Origin: an uncultured bacterium
GTDB lineage: Bacteria; Abyssobacteria; SURF-5
Direction of reading: 5' to 3'
NCBI GenBank assembly: GCA_964510165.1
Contig: CAZEBC010000089.1
Coordinates: 1 to 15,647, forward strand
Length of the DNA stretch: 15,647 nucleotides
The notes under the pieces are model-generated. The model made no database searches. It was not told the origin of the DNA and saw only the letters and a list, made by a program, of their open reading frames with translations. The first letter of the stretch is position 1. Each line of letters starts with the position of its first letter. Shown here piece by piece: positions 13,382 to 15,647 of this stretch. Both the position numbers and the translations under genes were made by a program.

Positions 13382-15607
13382 TTACTGGTTAGCGATAATG
13401 TGGGGTTTTGCCGCCTGTTTATCATACTCCCGAATGAGAACCTGATCGTCCCTGTACACAATCGGGCCGAACTCCTCGCTGGCCTCTACATGGTCCGATT
13501 CCTTCCAGTTGTGTATGACCATGTAGCGTGCCCGTATCTCAGGGTTTGCGTTGTGAAAGCTGATGATATCGGGCACAGCCGTGCTCGAGAGAGGCGGTTT
13601 CGTGTTGACTTCGGTTTGCCTGGCGGGGAAATACCGGGCCACATATGCCGCCCATATATCCTTTTGGTGCAGAACTTGGAAATACATGTAATGCTCTCTT
13701 ACCGGGACGCTCAAGACCATCGGGACGTCAATCACGGAGAAATCACCTGTCTGAGCGGCAAGAAATTCACAGTGCTTGGGGAATCCGGGCTCGAAACCCT
13801 GACGGGTCATCTTGAACTGATCAAGGCACGTGAGCAGAAGCAGCCCCGCGACAGTCACTTTCTTCGTCTCAAGGAGGGCGTCGGCTCCCGGCGCGATGAA
13901 GAACAGCAGGCAATAAAGAAAGGGAACCAACTGAAACACGGGATTCTTCCCGAGAGCAAGAAACGGAACGTGTTGAAGAAACGCATACGGGAGCACGACC
14001 TGGTTGACGACCTCTCCGGCCCATATAAGTCTTGGCCCCAGAGACAAGACGAAGAATACGGCTGCCGAGATCATCCAGAAGAGACCTTCCGGTGACCGTC
14101 GTTTCCAAATGCCAATCGCCGCCAGCAGGAATGGCATAATGCCAATGAATATCGGCTGGCAGGCGGGCTGACGGTAGTCATGCGGGTCATAGTAGTCGCG
14201 CTTATCGAAAGGACGCGATGTGTAAAAGTGGCTGTGGTATTGATCCCTCAAGATCATTGGGAATGCCGTGATATTTGACAATACTCTGCCGCCATCGCGC
14301 CCCAGCAGGCTCAGCGGGTCGGCGGATCCCCCGTACACTTGCGCCGGGTGTTGTTTGAACTGAGCCACGCTGCGAAGGTCAACCTGGGTGAGAGAATAAA
14401 GAAATGGGGCAAGAACGATCAAGAAGAGCGCGGTCGCCATGGCGGTTTCCTTCAAAGGAACGGGCCATTTTCTTCGCGCAATCGAGAAGAAGCAGACAGC
14501 CATCAATGCAAAGAGAGCCATGTGTGACGCGTAGGTCAGGTCGCCATATACCTGGAGCGCCATCAATGCCGCCGCCCATTTAAACTTGCGGTGGTCCTTG
14601 TTCAGCCCCAAGACCAGAAACGCGAATTGAAAAGGGATCAGCCCGGTGAACCCGTAGTTCAGTGTGTACCGGGAAATATGCGGAAGGATGTAGTATGGAC
14701 CGATCAGGCTTGCGACAACCCTGGCAGCCGGTCGACGACACGCCAGTCCCGCAAGATAGTAGGAACCCATCCCCGCAATGACAATGGAAAGCCATTGAGC
14801 CAAATTATACGCGAAGATAGCGCCGGCGGGATTCCTCATCAGGACCTGGAAGGGAACCGAAAAGAGACCCCATAACGGGATATAGGTATGAAAGGTGAGC
14901 GCGACCGGTATCCTGGTATGAACGTAGATCGCGTCGCAAAAGAATGGGTTTGTTCCCCTCCACAAGCTTTCCTTGAACCACCAAAGGTTCCATACCATTT
15001 GAAGCGCATCCATCCCCTGCGCGGAGATGATCCTGGTGGGAGCCTTCAAGTAAAGGGACATTGAGATTGTCGCCAGCGCCACGTGCAAGGCCACCAGCCA
15101 TACTTTTTCATTCGCCAGAACACCGACAAACGCTTTTGACCGGCGTTCGGCATACCAGTGTTTGGCCTTGGGGAAGATGACTTCGTTCCAGATTCCTACG
15201 GAGATCCGCAGGGCCAAAGCGGCATCAAGATAAAACAGTATCTGGGAAAAGGGTTGAAACGGAAAATAGAAATAGCAGCCGCCCAATGTGAAGGCGTTCT
15301 CCCCATATCGGACCCGCGTCAAATACCAGGCAGAGACCCCGATGAAAGCGGCCGCGAGCAGACCCAGCCGTCTCTTGTCATTTTTCCGGTGAAGCTCGGA
15401 ATACAGCATGAGCCAGGAGCTCAAGAAGAAAGCGGCAAGGTTAAGATGGTTTTTCGAAACGTTGGGAAAGATGGAGAGCCGGCTCAGGTCCAGCAGGAAG
15501 AATAGATATGAACAGATTTCTCCAATGAAGAAGGCGGCGCCCAACGCCAGCCCCATGAAAGGCAGCGCAGCGCCTATTATCTTCAGCGGTTTCTCACTCA
15601 ATCGCAT
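13382..15607 (-). CDS. Large polytopic membrane protein, putative GT-C-fold glycosyltransferase-like (YfhO/PMT-like)
   Basis: More than 12 hydrophobic segments. Loop motif D..Q.VWNLWW.....NPF......P..LTFH after a TM, AYN, SLGP, and a C-terminal soluble domain (VIDVP...MYFQ..H). The family call is by resemblance only, and the start near the window edge is uncertain. Confidence 0.65.
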   Translation of the reverse strand: MRLSEKPLKIIGAALPFMGLALGAAFFIGEICSYLFFLLDLSRLSIFPNVSKNHLNLAAFFLSSWLMLYSELHRKNDKRRLGLLAAAFIGVSAWYLTRVRYGENAFTLGGCYFYFPFQPFSQILFYLDAALALRISVGIWNEVIFPKAKHWYAERRSKAFVGVLANEKVWLVALHVALATISMSLYLKAPTRIISAQGMDALQMVWNLWWFKESLWRGTNPFFCDAIYVHTRIPVALTFHTYIPLWGLFSVPFQVLMRNPAGAIFAYNLAQWLSIVIAGMGSYYLAGLACRRPAARVVASLIGPYYILPHISRYTLNYGFTGLIPFQFAFLVLGLNKDHRKFKWAAALMALQVYGDLTYASHMALFALMAVCFFSIARRKWPVPLKETAMATALFLIVLAPFLYSLTQVDLRSVAQFKQHPAQVYGGSADPLSLLGRDGGRVLSNITAFPMILRDQYHSHFYTSRPFDKRDYYDPHDYRQPACQPIFIGIMPFLLAAIGIWKRRSPEGLFWMISAAVFFVLSLGPRLIWAGEVVNQVVLPYAFLQHVPFLALGKNPVFQLVPFLYCLLFFIAPGADALLETKKVTVAGLLLLTCLDQFKMTRQGFEPGFPKHCEFLAAQTGDFSVIDVPMVLSVPVREHYMYFQVLHQKDIWAAYVARYFPARQTEVNTKPPLSSTAVPDIISFHNANPEIRARYMVIHNWKESDHVEASEEFGPIVYRDDQVLIREYDKQAAKPHIIANQ

Positions 15608-15647
15608 GTTGCGAAGAAGCCGGTGTTAACACTATTAATGAAGCGGA

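Overview
GC-rich bacterial chromosomal window; the lineage cannot be assigned from sequence alone. The left part holds metabolic and hypothetical genes: a ketopantoate reductase-family gene, a DUF364-like gene paired with a divergent MoaE-like gene, a membrane protein, an orphan ORF and a HIT hydrolase. From ~4.8 kb onward all called genes are on the minus strand. In transcription order they are a polytopic GT-C-like membrane protein, an NtrC/AtoC-type sigma54 activator, a probable three-gene signalling operon (HDOD protein, GAF-HisKA-HATPase-REC hybrid kinase, atypical REC-GAF-PP2C/SpoIIE phosphatase), a Cys-rich Zn-ribbon protein, a 47-aa membrane peptide missing from the ORF track, and an FHA-HEAT protein. 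The strongest signal is a complete-looking sigma54 promoter (-24/-12 box, IHF-like site, tandem candidate enhancer) between the activator and the operon, which suggests a self-contained circuit linking His-Asp and Ser/Thr signalling. Intergenic DNA carries several short repeat families, including ~70-bp inverted copies bracketing the HIT gene and 22-bp direct repeats bracketing the small-protein cassette. No transposase, CRISPR array, tRNA or rRNA was seen. All calls come from motifs read by eye; no database searches were run.
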